From assembly GCA_013265495.1 (NCBI GenBank), contig MU061579.1, positions 4,426,327-4,490,326 of the forward strand: a stretch of DNA of 64,000 nt, written 5' to 3'. Source of the stretch: Vicugna vicugna. Its lineage: Eukaryota. This document shows positions 50,706 through 62,667 of the stretch, one piece after another; the stretch's first letter is position 1, and the number at the start of each line of letters is the position of its first letter. The notes beneath the pieces are model-generated. The model was given only the letters and a program-made list of their open reading frames with translations, had not been told where the DNA came from and searched no databases. A program made the translations under genes and the position numbers.

Positions 50706-52029
50706 CCTCCCCGCATGACATGTGCTGTCCATATAGTTTTGGTTTTTACTACAAAAACCCTCAGTGTTGATTACCACATAATTTACCTGGTTCCTGAAGT
50801 ACAGACCAAAAATAACCTATCTGTGAGGTTGCACAGCTGAACCTAGAGTGAGGTGGCTGCTCCCTGGGATAAATGAGAAATGCTATTCTCAGGAGGTTAA
50901 TTATTGCAAATTAGGAGCTCTCAGTAGTGTGGAAGCATCAGGAAAGAAATAGTAGATTAGCACTGATACAGTCTCCTGGGCTCTGATGGGAAGCACTGCA
51001 TACTGACACTAATGAAATAGTCAGAAGCAACCATGCTTCAGATGCTTAGAATTCCAGGTTTCAGCGTATTAAGAATTCAGTCAAATAAGACTCAAAAGAG
51101 CTTTAGGATTACAATAATTGAGTGAAAGGATGACTCTTGAATATGGGCCCCCACTTTAGGGAAATCATTCTCTCTTTTTTTAATGCATTTTTCTGAGAGT
51201 CATGTATGTATACCTAATTAGAGCTTCTGTATTTTTACTGTTTTAAAATTAAAGTTTGATTAGAGAAGAATAATGCCTCATTTCAATGCCTATGGATATT
51301 TTATGTCTAGAACTTCTACCCAAGTCAGGGGCTTTGTGGTAGTAAAGTGTGTATATGAAAACCGAGGCACACTGAGCCTCTCCTGTTCTCTCCCTGCGAA
51401 CACTCTCCCCAGGACAAACAAAAACGAAACAAACTAAATTCACTCCGCACACTGCTGTATTAGAAGTTTATTTCTGCAGTATGAATTTTGATTACCCATA
51501 TTTTAAAAGTCTATGACTTTAAATGTAAAAGCTCTATTCACGTTAGATAGGCACAAATCCAAACATAAGTTATAATGAAATTGTTCATGTAAACGATTAG
51601 CAATGGAGAAACACAACCTCATTGATGGTCCTAATCTTTTTTTAAACTTTTTCTTTTCCTTTTTTTAATTAAAAAAAAAGTTTATTGTGATTGTTCTTAA
51701 ATTATGAAGTAATACATGCTTATTATAGGACATGCAGAATGTATAGAATAGTAGCATGTAGAAAAAATATTCACCAAATATGATCATTTGTTTAAAAAAA
51801 TCTAGTGCATTTTCTTCTAGTCCTTTGTCTCTTTGCAATTGCATTTATAAGGTGTATCAAATGTTGTATATAAAAAAAATGTTAACGTAACAATGTAATC
51901 TAAGCATTTTATTTTCTGAGAAATTATTTCTAAATCATAAAATGTCAACAAGTATCAGGTTAGTTAGTCCAAGAAAATTGACAGAAATCTGTATTAGGAA
52001 AGTATAAACAATTAGTAAAAGGAGATAAT

Positions 52030-52190
52030 TGCTGTTCTATAACTTTATAAGAAATTTCAAATGAGGAGACTGAGGGTCAGTGTAAAAATTGAATTGACTG
52101 AGTCACAAGAATGAATGCACCAGAAATCTACAGCTGCCTATGTAATCTGAAATTCTAACCCTTCTACATCAGCTCACTGCCTCACTATTC
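52030..52190 (-). mobile_element. MIR fragment
   Basis: caaatgaggagactgagggtcag...agtcaca. Confidence 0.6.
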
Positions 52191-52393
52191 TGAGTCAGAT
52201 GACACATGAACACTCCCTATTGTGGATGCTCGACTGCTTCCCGTCCTATATTATGTTATGAATCTCATTTAACATTTTCTTTTTTCATATTTCTCCTTAT
52301 CATAAATTTGTAGAATTAGAACTGCTTAAGTAAAGTATATAACTTCTTTATGGTCCTTAGTTTATTGATTCGTGCTTTCTAGAAAAGTACATG

Positions 52394-52928
52394 TGTTAGG
52401 TAGTTAGATAAGTGGGGGCACCGGGCAGGTAGGTGGAGGACAGGAAGGATGATCCGAAAGATGGCATTATGCCCACCTGAAGCATAAAGGGGTGCTTTAC
52501 CTCTTCTGAGTGAGTGCCAACAAGAGACCAGTTAGAACCTGACAGCCACAACTACAATGGTAGCAAAAAGGACTTAAAGAATTTAACTGGACATGACCTC
52601 ATGTTCATTGCATTATGATTAACATTGCGATTTAGGTTGCCCCTTTGGGTTTTTCTATATATACCATGAATAAGTACATACGCAAAGGGATTAAACATGA
52701 CTAAGCACTTCAGGGACAAATCAATCAAGCGAGGGTATAAGAAAAAGGGAAGCCAAAAACCGCTGCTTTTCCTCCCTCGGATCAGCCCGCCTCCCATTCT
52801 TGGAGTTGTACTTTCCCTTTTCTAAATAAATCCTTTAAAATTTTTTGCCACACAACGTACTGTCTCCCAACTGTAAACTTGTCTTTTGGGTATGACAAGA
52901 CCTGGGGTCTTTACCTTTTGAGGTAACA
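52394..52928 (+). mobile_element. Young ERV solo LTR (535 bp)
   Basis: TGTTA...TAACA ends; exact TSD catg (52390-52393 and 52929-52932); TATAA 52736-52740; AATAAA 52825-52830. Confidence 0.92.
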
Positions 52929-53029
52929 CATGCAACACTCCAAGTAACAACATTTTATAGAAAGAGAGGCAATTAGCTGCCCTCCCAAAGTTTTTTATTG
53001 CCTTTTTATATAGTGACTAAATATTTAAA

Positions 53030-53400
53030 TGACACATGGCAGACCAGCTAAAATGTTCATTTCCCAAACTCTCTTGAACTAGATATGGCCATATGACAAG
53101 GTTCTGGCCAATGGGTTATAAGCACAAGTGATGTTTGAATCTTAGGGACAAACTTCTAAAAAGAAAGAAGCATGCTTTCCTTCCCCAATCTGCAGATTGG
53201 GGATGCTAAAGCACTGATGAGCCATCTTTAATCATTGGGCAAAGGTGAACCCTAGAGATGATAGATGAAATAGATGGAAAATTCTTGAGTTCCTGAAAGC
53301 TTCAGCTTGGGATACAGCGCTGTGTGTGTGTGTGTGCGCGCGCGTGCGTATCTTGTTGACCACTGTATTTTTCACTCTCTTATTGTGGTTATCTGTCTTA
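53030..53400 (+). mobile_element. MaLR LTR (MLT1J-like)
   Basis: tggccatatgacaaggttctggccaatgg; gccatcttt; gagttcctga. Confidence 0.7.
53321..53350. repeat. (TG)n(CG)n alternating purine-pyrimidine tract
   Basis: tgtgtgtgtgtgtgtgcgcgcgcgtgcgta. Confidence 0.95.
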
Positions 53401-53794
53401 TATAGTGCACACACACACAAACACATAAGCACACGCACTATTTGTTTGTTGGTTTGCTTACAATTATTTTTCTGTTTCTAATTTGTTATTATGGCAATTT
53501 GGTGATTTATCTGATTACTAATGATTATCCAAATGCTTTTCCTTACTTGACTTTTTTTGTTTTGGAATCTAGCTTATTTACCATGTGTCTCTCAGATTTA
53601 CAGCAAACAAATATTCTCTGCTCTGTGTTTTTGTTGGTAATTGTTGTTTCTTTATAGTATAATACTACATAGAAGCAAAACTAACATAAGTTGAAAATTT
53701 AAACAAATCCTATTGAATAATGACAAACGACTTAACCTATTTCTCAGTCTTTACCATCTATATATATATATGGGGGGGGGTTCCAGAACTATTT

Positions 53795-54513
53795 GTATAG
53801 GTAGAGATATAATAACAGGGACAAGGACTTCTCAATTTCAGGGAAATAAATAGAAGGCCATATTTGGATTATTTAGACTTTCTCTGTCAATTGTATCAAT
53901 TTGAACTTATTAGAGACCAGTAAGTCTGATTATTATAACTGGGAAAGGCAGTCTTATGCATCCAGTCTTTCCACCCCCACCAGATGCATGAGAATGGGCT
54001 GTGGGCCTGGAGTAGTTCCTTAACCACATAAAAAGCCCATATGGCCTAAGCCAGGCTTATCACCTTGGATGGGAATATCTCTCCCTGTTTTGGGCTCAAT
54101 ACCATTTGAAGCCTGTATGTCATATAGCACCTGGCCAACCCCAGTGTTATATCTGTCATCTTCAGGGAGGGAACAGGGTCCTTTCTACTGTAGCACAAGA
54201 AGGGTGCATATAGGCACATTGCTCTGCATCAGCCACTAGGAGAGACTGGCTGTCCATGGGGGACCAACACCCACTATTGGAGCTGATCCTGATCTATTTC
54301 TTCTCTATGTAATTAAAATGTTATTCTATTGCTTGACTGCATTGTGTTCTGCTTGATGACTCTGATACCAAGATGCAGTGGGCAGAAGTGCTTGGAATTC
54401 TATTGCTGGGGCTGGCATCGTGATGCTCTTTGCTATTCTCCCACGTAGTTTGAATCCTTCCCTGGGGTTGATGACCAGGTGCATAGTGTTCTACTCTCTT
54501 GGGATTGATAACA
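53795..54513 (+). mobile_element. ERVL LTR (MER54/MER73/MER74-like group)
   Basis: GC-richer block with gcacctggccaacccc, gagctgatcct and attaaa, ending gataaca; no TSD identified. Confidence 0.55.
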
Positions 54514-55340
54514 CGTGCAAGGAACTCTCTCTGATCACAGTTATTATCAATTTAGCAGTACAATTCTGACAGAATACAGGATGATTGCTAACATCAAACA
54601 CAAACATTTTGGTAGAAACTCCAAAAAAGTAGGAATAAATAGGCTTTAATCTGATTGCTTAAAATACTCAAGAAGTCTTTTGTGTTAGGCTCGTGAATGA
54701 TGCCCTTGTGTGCTTTTGTCTTTGATGTTTAGATCCATGTCCACATAGCTTCTTCACATCATGTTGTACTTCTCATATAACAAACAGCGTGCATGGTTTT
54801 ATACAAACTAATAGTTGACTACTTTTTCATTTTGGTTAGTGTAATGAACTACCTATGAATTTCTTTGGATTTTACTTCTGTAACAGTCATGTCCCTGCAA
54901 GCATATTTTTTAAGTAAATATGCACTTCAACTTTATATGTAGAACTTAATGAAGAAAAGGCTATTAAATATTGTACAACTAAAATTGTATAGCCTAGGAT
55001 ATCAATAAAAGGGAGCAATATTCTTACATAGAGACAAGAACTGAAATATTCTATTTCCGAGTCTTGGCACAAAAGTTGAAAGGATCCTCAATTCTCTAAC
55101 ATAGCCCAGAATTGAGTGAGGCAACATATAACTTAGAAAACAAGTTTTACCTTACGTCATGTTAGTCTTTTTTCTGATCCATATCCCCACTCTATGAAAC
55201 CAGATTGATGTTCTGATGTATCCTAAGATAATTTATTGTAATCTATTGTGTGATCGACATAGTCCAAAATCTCAGCAAAATATAATCATTTTGTGTAATC
55301 AAAAAAAAATTCCAACTAATTAAAAGTAAATTTAAATTAT

Positions 55341-55540
55341 TGAAAATATTGACCACTGTATATAAAAATAGATGAAAACAGATTTCTTCTGCATAGCACA
55401 GGGAACTATATCAATATCTTGTAATAACCTTTAATGAAAAAGAATATGAAAACAAATATATATATGTATATGCATGACAGGGACATTATGCTGTACGTCA
55501 GAAATTGACACATTGTAATTAACTATACTTCAATTGAAAA
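55341..55540 (+). mobile_element. 200-bp young L1 3' end (camelid-type)
   Basis: agcacagggaactatatcaatatcttg...tatacttcaattgaaaa; possible 7-bp TSD aaattat at 55334-55340 and 55541-55547. Confidence 0.9.
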
Positions 55541-57339
55541 AAATTATACATGCTTTTGCCAGATATTCTAAAGAGAATGCAACAAAATTTTTAAAAAATT
55601 CTTTCTCTTCTTGAAAGTCTGCTTTTGTCATATATCACAGATACTTCTGTATAACACTCCCTCATAATTCATCAAAAGTTGACCCCATAGCATTGATCTG
55701 AATGTTTTTCTCATCTTCTGCTTTTATTTTGCCTCTCCATTTTTGTCTCCCTCTACCCATTCTCCCAAGTATCAATCACAAAACACAAAGAACCTGTCTG
55801 AGATAGAGGAAAGTAACAAACAAAAACCTCATGCTGGAGAAAAGACACAATGCTCTTTATGGAAGGGACAGATTATCTGGTCCAAGTCATGTGTTAGTAA
55901 ATGTCCTGACATACTGATTACATATATTAATGTCTATGTGCAGTGAAGTTTTGATGTTTGAGGAGACATTTTTATTCTTATTTTCTCAATTCTACCTGCA
56001 TAAAGTTTACAAATTTGATGACTCTACTTCTTAGTTTTCATTTATTTCAATATACAACTTCTGTATATTAATCATATATTTAAGTAATTTATATATAAAA
56101 TAAAATCACTTTTTAACATGTGTATTGTTACATTTAATTAATTGATAAATTTCAGATAAATTTCCTTAAAAATTTAACCCTATTTTCATATTTAATTTAT
56201 CAAATTATTTTGGCCTTTCAGTGTATAATTGCAATTTAATATAGCTAAGTTTTTTCAAACATTTTAAGCACCTAAGAAAGCAGAATTACTTATTTAAAAA
56301 CTAGAATCTCACTAAGCATATAGAACAAATATGCTAACTCAGATATAAATTTAGTAGCTCAAGTGTTCAAACAACTTAAAAAAATGCACATCAGATCACA
56401 CAATGGTTAAAATTGTTTGTTAATTCTCCCGAATGTCACAAATTAAAAGCATTTTCTTTCTAACAATTCCATAGCTATAAATCTATTCACACACTGAAGG
56501 GGAGTTCCAGAGCAGCCAAGATCACATGATCATAACTCAGATATAGAAAATGAGTATGAATGAAAATAATTGGTTAAATAATTACCACTGCACATAGACT
56601 CTGGACGAAAGTGACTCAAGAACAAAAGCAACATAAAGGCCTTGGATATAATCCAAGACTGTACCAGAGAATGGTAATGTGATTTTTAATGCTTTTTTTT
56701 TCTGCCATGTAAATTAGGTTTTCCATCAACCATGCCCTTCAACTGGAACTTAGTTAATCCTTTGTTCTCCATTTCTCCAAACTTCTCCCTTCCATTGAAA
56801 TAATCCATGACTAATATAAAATATATCACTGGAGGCTCCATGGGTCTTCAGATTTTAATCTCCTTTGGGGTAAACAGTGTAATTATAACAATGAACAGAG
56901 CAAAGTTTCAATTTCCAACTTTCTTAACCAATTGGTTGAGTTAATGAATATGATATTCCGTGTCTTCTAATGGACAGGCTGCAATTGTTATTTACTACTT
57001 CTGAGTTACAAATAAGATATGAAAACTTATGTTTCTAACTTTAATTGCTTTTGCAATAATTCTTCAAACAATCTCTTTAAGAATAAATATGAAGTTGCAG
57101 GAATTCTGATGCCTTCAAGTTGGAGATTTGATGAAGAACTTTCTTGCTTATTTTTTATGGCTTTCATTATTAATTACATCATGAAAGTTTGTAATTTTCT
57201 GTTTATGTATTTTTAAGGATCAAATTTGTTACAATTCTGCTCACTTTTATTGTTCCCACATTTTAGAAATCTAAATAGAATATTTAAATGTTAAACATGT
57301 AAATATCACAATTCTCTCATACATAGCCCCAGTTATCCA

Positions 57340-57591
57340 CAGAATTTAAAAGGGAAACTTAGGACATTGTGCTAAGTGAAATAACCTAGCCAGAGAAGGA
57401 CAAATTCTACTTGATTCCAGTTATATGAGGTATGTAAAATAGCCAAACTGATAGAAACAGGGAGTAGAATGGTGGTTGTCAGAGGTTGCAGGGTGAAAGA
57501 AATGGGGAAATGTTGGTCAAAAGGTACACAGTTTCAGTTATGCAAGATGAAAACGTTCTAGAGATCTGATCTACAGAATGCCTATAGTTAA
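57340..57591 (+). mobile_element. L1MA/L1MB 3' UTR, left half (resumes at 60310-60390)
   Basis: gacattgtgctaagtgaaata...gtttcagttatgcaagatgaa...ctatagttaa; continues as ctgtattatgcatt...gagagtagatt...aagtgttcttatca after 60310. Confidence 0.85.
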
Positions 57592-57775
57592 TGTTAACTA
57601 AGAATTCCAACAGAGACTTTGTTGAAATAAAAAGGCATTTATTTGGGATTTGTTAGGACTACAGATTGGGAGACATAGATTTAAGGAGTACTTGAGTTGT
57701 GTTCCCCTCACTACAAAATGAGGGAAGCTTATAAAGGAAAAAAAAAGTTATGAAAGTTATTGTCAAGAATAAGGA
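57592..57775 (-). mobile_element. ERV LTR, left half (other half at about 60061-60309)
   Basis: Begins tgttaac with antisense AATAAA; the right piece ends ...atttgtca, giving TG/CA termini. Confidence 0.6.
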
Positions 57776-57789
57776 TTGGACTATTCCTG

Positions 57790-58953
57790 GTTCCTTCTAG
57801 TGTATTGTTCATTTCAGTTATCTTATTCTTCAACTCTGTTTGGGTATTCTTTATATTTTCCAGCTCTTTGCTAAAAACTTCACTCTGTGCATCTGTACTC
57901 CTCTTGAGTTCTCTGAACATCTTAGGCCATCATTACTTTAAACTCTTTCTCAGGTAAATTACCTATCTCCTCATCACTTATTTCTTCTTCTGGGATTTTA
58001 TCATGTGTTTTGGCCTGGGAGATATTGCTTTGCTGCCTCATATTGTCTATCTTTCTATGTATTCGTGGATTCCTTCCACAGGCTTTGGGATTATTGTTTT
58101 CTTATTTCTAGTATCTGTCCCTGGTGGATGAGGCTGGACTAGAGACTTATGCAGGGTTCCCCACCGGAGGAGCCAGTGCCTGCCCACTGCTGGGTGAAGC
58201 TTGGTCCTGAACCTCTGGTGAGTAGGGCTGTGTCTAGAGGCCTTTGTGGCTTAGGAAGTCTGATGATGGGTGTGGCTATGCTCCCACCCTGTATGTTGTT
58301 TGGCCTGAGGCTTCTCTATGGGCTTTTGGGTAGGGCTAGGTCTTGGTGCTAATGATCCAATCAAGATGTCAGCCTCCAGGAAAACTTCTGTAGATGAACA
58401 CTCCTGAAATGTCTGCCACCAGCTTTTATGTCCCCTGAGTGAGCCTCAGTTGTCCCCCACGCCCTCAGGAGATCCTCCAGGTCTGGCCCAGGTTCCTATG
58501 AAATCACTGCCTCTGCCCTTGGACCTGGTGCACATGAGTTTCCATGTACGCTTCTCAAGCAAATGGAGTCTCTGTTTCCCCCAAGCCCATGAGGCTCCCA
58601 GAGCCAAGCCTCTCTGGCCTTCAAAACCATATGTCCTGGGGGTTCCTTCTCTTATCAATGCCGGGACCTGAGCTGGGAAGCCTCTCACTCCTGCGGGAGG
58701 ACAGCTGCAACACAACAAATCTTCAGCTTGTGGGTCGTCCATCCAGGGAGTATAGGGCCCAATTATATCATGAGCACACCCCTCCTGCTGTCCTGCTGTG
58801 GTTCCCTCTTTATGTTTCCAGTTGCAGAAGACCTTTTTTGCTAGGTTCCAGTCTTTTTTCAATAGTTGTTTAGCATTCAGTTGTGGTTTCATTGTAGTCA
58901 TGAGGGGAGGTGAGCTCTTGGTCCTACCACTCAGCCATCTTGACCGGAACTCC
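57790..58953 (-). mobile_element. Inverted L1 5' end: full 5'UTR plus ORF1 N-terminus
   Basis: Minus strand starts ggagttccggtcaagatggctgag at 58953; ORF1 ATG at 58041 (MRQQSNISQ...NLPEKEFK), continuing after a frameshift as ELENIKNTQTELKNKITEMNNTLEG. Confidence 0.9.
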
Positions 58954-59650
58954 TAAATGAGGCAGAAGAACGGATCAGTGAGCTAGAAGACAGATTAGTG
59001 GAAATCATTACTTCATAACAGAAAAAAGAAAAAAATAATAAAAAGGAATGAGGATAGTTTAAGAGAACTCTAGGACAACATGAAGCACGCTAATATTTGC
59101 ATCATAGGGGTCCCAGAAAGAGAAGACAGAGAGAAAGAACTTGAGAAAAATTTTGGAGAGATAATTACTGAAAATTTCCCCAACTTGGGAAAGGAAACAG
59201 TCACCCAAGTCATGGAAGGGCAGAGAGTACCACACAGAATCAACTCAAAGAGGAACACACCAAGGCACATAGTCATCAAATTGACAACAATCAAGGATAA
59301 GGAGAAAATATTACAATTAGCAAGAGAAAAGCAACGAGTAACATACAAGGGAACTCTCATAAGCTTGCCAGCTGATTGTTCAGCAGAAACTCTACAGGCC
59401 AGAAGGGAGTGGCACGATATATTTAAAGTGATGCAAGGGGGAAACTTACAACCAAGAATACTCTACCCAGCAAGGCTCTCATTCAGACTTGATGGAGAAA
59501 TCAAAAGCTTCACAGATAAACAAAAGCTAAAAGATTTCAGCACCACCAAACCAGTTTTACAACAAATGTAAAAGGACCTTCTCTAGTCATCAACCATAAG
59601 AAAAGAGAACAAAAAGAAGAAAGAGAAATAAAAAATAAAAGAGAGACCTT
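58954..59650 (+). pseudogene. L1 ORF1p remainder (coiled-coil end, RRM, C-terminal domain) and inter-ORF region
   Basis: ORF 59080-59571: NICIIGVPE, ENFPNL, TPRHIVIK, LQARREW, QPRILYPARLSF; stop codons upstream. Confidence 0.95.
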
Positions 59651-60060
59651 CAATAGATCGCTTTGGTTGTTTGGGGTCTTTTGTGATTTCTTATAAATTT
59701 TGGAATTGTTTGTTCTAGTTCCATGAGGAATGTAGTGAGTATTTTGACAGAGGTTGCATTGGATCCGTGGATTGCTTTGGGTAGTGTGGCCATTTTGATA
59801 GTGTTGATTCTTCCAATCCAAGAGCACAAGAAATCTTTCCATTTCTTTGTGTCATTCTGGTTCTCAGAGTATAGGTAACCTCCTTGGTTGGGTTTATTTC
59901 TAGGTATTTTGCTGTTTTTGATGTAATGGAAATATGTTATAAAATTATAACCAGTTATAAACTTCTGGTTTTTTAAGTGGAAAAAAAAAAGTGAGTGAAG
60001 GGCTGCAAAATATTCTTTTTTATGGGTGAGTTGTATTCCATTATATATATAATATATATT
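59651..60060 (-). mobile_element. Antisense L1 ORF2 fragment plus a small 3'UTR fragment
   Basis: ORF 59650-60069 has KKWKDFLCSWIGRINTIKMATLPKAI; 60001-60050 resembles the antisense ORF2 end/3'UTR start. Confidence 0.85.
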
Positions 60061-60309
60061 GGAATTCAAAGTGATTACCTAGTTGTGAAGAGGGGGAGAA
60101 CTTTGAAGTAGCTACAAGATTGTAACTAGCAGCTGCCAGCAAGTACTGTTTTAAAAATGGCTATGTTCTCCTAAAGATTGATACAGGCCAGAGAAAATGT
60201 AAGTTCTCAGTTGTATAAGGATGTATCTAAGACCAGATCCTCAATGACTACCTGACTGTATTTTTGTATGCCTGAACTATGATTGCTCCATTATAATTTC
60301 TATTTGTCA
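60061..60309 (-). mobile_element. ERV LTR, right half
   Basis: Reverse complement starts tgacaaatagaaattataatggagc; lies between the inner L1 and the resumed L1MA/MB. Confidence 0.55.
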
Positions 60310-60892
60310 TCTGTATTATGCATTTAAAAATGTATTGAGAGTAGATTTCATATCAAGTGTTCTTATCATTGAAAAATACAATTGTATTCAAGCAAACAAA
60401 ACAAAAATATTTTAAGAACAATGTAAATTAATATGAAAATAAAATTATTTTTACTTATATCTATTTTCTTCTAAAATGCTAAAATTATTCAAGTTAAAAT
60501 ATACATGTAATAAACATTAAAATTAAATGAGATAAAGCTGGAATTTTATTTTAATTTGTAAAATTATATCTCAATATATATTATAAGGATAAGACCATTC
60601 ACAATTCTAATGGTCAATGTGCCAATGTAAACAAAAGTTATTATTTATGCACACAAACCCTATAGATAAATATAGTCATTTATCACTAAATCAAATAATT
60701 TATTATTAAAAATGTTTAATAGTAACCAGGTGCAACTATTCCAAAAGCTACACTAAATCATGGGTACTTAAAAATTAGAAGATGAACAAAAGCAATCAAA
60801 TGGATTCTTGGTGGTACTGAAAAATTATATTTCACCATGCTGCATTCAGTCTATCAAAGATGAGGGCCTGAAAATGCATTAAATTTGTGGTT

Positions 60893-61217
60893 TTCCTCCT
60901 TCCTTCCTTCCTTCTTTCCTTCCTCCCTTTCTTTTTTGTCTATTTCTTTTTTTAGATTTTTTTTCTTTTTCCCTCCCTTGGGATATAATTGACATGTAAC
61001 ATTGTGTTAATTTAAACTGAACAACTTGTTGACTTGGTACCATATATATATTGCAATATGATTACCATCACAGAATTAGCAAACACCTGCATTAGGTCAC
61101 ATAATTATCATTTCTCTTTTTGTTGTGAGAATATTTAAGATCTAGTCACTTAACAACTTTCAAGTATATCAGACAGTTTTATTGACTATAATCACAAAGC
61201 TGTGCATTAGATCTCAA
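60893..61217 (-). mobile_element. L1MA-type 3' end with a pyrimidine-rich (CCTT)n tail
   Basis: gatataattgacatgtaacattgtg...ttgtgagaatatttaagatcta...gctgtgcattagatctc. Confidence 0.85.
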
Positions 61218-61779
61218 ATTTGTGTTTTTCTTTTCAAGGAGAACTCTCTGAAAAGCACTGTCCTTTTCTGATGTCAGTAGGAGTGCAATCCACAACCTTC
61301 ATAACCTTCAGATGCATTGTCCCTGTTTTGAGAACACAGGACAAAAGTTGTGAGAAAGGGCTTCCCTGGGGCATAAAGCATTTCAGTCGCTGGAGAGGTC
61401 CTTTGTCAGCACTGAGTATCGAATCCTGAAATATGCTGATGTACTTGGAAATAATTTGAGGGTTGTAATTTGTGGAAACTTCTAAAGAACAAGCCCAGAG
61501 AGGGACTCATTTATATCAAGAGTTAGAGCAGTAAGAAGGAAGAAGTTTCAGTTACTGAAAAATGTTTTCTCATTTGTTTATTGTTTTTCCCTTTGAAATT
61601 CTTTTAGTAAGAGAAAAATATTCTATCACACACTTGGAGCTGAAGTAAGAAATAGAAGTTGCTCTATTTATAAAATACTTGGAAACGTTAATTTTTTTAG
61701 TGTTAATGAGCTTTAATACCATATGAAAATCTATACACAAAAAATGTGAATAAAATATTATGTCCCAATGATGTCTGAA

Positions 61780-61910
61780 CATCTTAGACCTAGAAAAATT
61801 ATCATCTCTACCCTATGAAGTACTGGCTTGTGATATTGGGTAAATAATTTAAAGAGTGCTTCAGTTTCTTCATCTTTATAAGAACAGTAATAGTATATTT
61901 ATTTTCATTC
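61780..61910 (+). mobile_element. MIR fragment
   Basis: tgtgatattgggtaaat...cagtttcttcatctttataa...taatagta. Confidence 0.65.
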
Positions 61911-62080
61911 CCATAGATGTAAAGCCACAAAAGTTCTGAGACAAAGCCACAAAAGGTACATATTACTCAGAAAATAGAAAATGATGATGATGATTATGAT
62001 GAATTAGTGCCGGCTATACTGTCAGCAAAGTAGTGCTCAAGAACTATTCACTGAATAGTTGAAAATCTATTATTCCTAGG

Positions 62081-62585
62081 TGCATGCAATCTAAACCGAG
62101 AAATGTCTTTCTTAAAGATCTGAGAACCATCTCTCTGGAAGGTAATCATAAGGAAGGCAGTACCCCTGCCCCTAGTTTCTGTAGGACCTAACTTCAGGGG
62201 TGTGCCTCACTCTAACTTGTAAAACTACCTTTTGTCATGAAGAAATGAGAATTTTATTTTTCCTTTGGATAAAGCTAGTTAATTAACATGGATGATCACC
62301 CAAATTATCAAGTGAATTTATAATAAATTCTGTGACAAATGGTGCTGTCAAGTCCTCTTACTTGAGGACTAGTTAAGGTTTATCTTAAGAATGTGATGGG
62401 CTGTACCTGGTTAGCTATATAAAAAGGTGAGAAATCTTTCCACCTGTTTTAGCAGAATGACTGTGATAGCATCACATTCTGGTTTAATGCTTACCCAATA
62501 ATACATATTTTAAAAAATCTCTCTTACTTTGTGGAAAATTTTCCAGACTTGGGAGGAAATTTTGCTTTGAATTTATTTCTCCAGG
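62081..62585 (+). mobile_element. ERV1-class LTR (MER34-like)
   Basis: tttttcctttggataaagc, gtcaagtcctcttacttgaggactagtta, gctatataaaaaggtgaga, cacattctggtttaatgctta. Confidence 0.75.
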
Positions 62586-62606
62586 AGTTCTGGCAATCGG
62601 GATGGA

Positions 62607-62667
62607 GTATTGTTTAAGCCACCCAGTCTATGGTATTTTGTTATGGCAGCCCTACGTAACTAATACA
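62607..62667 (+). mobile_element. MLT1 3' end fragment
   Basis: tgtttaagccacccagtctatggtattttgttatggcagccc...aactaataca. Confidence 0.85.

Noticed and set aside
58149..58901. Overlapping ORFs of up to 151 aa
   Set aside because: They lie in the GC-richer L1 5'UTR, where stop-poor frames are expected by chance.
61921..61955. 13-bp direct repeat aaagccacaaaag around a 9-bp spacer
   Set aside because: Only two copies; best explained as a small local duplication.
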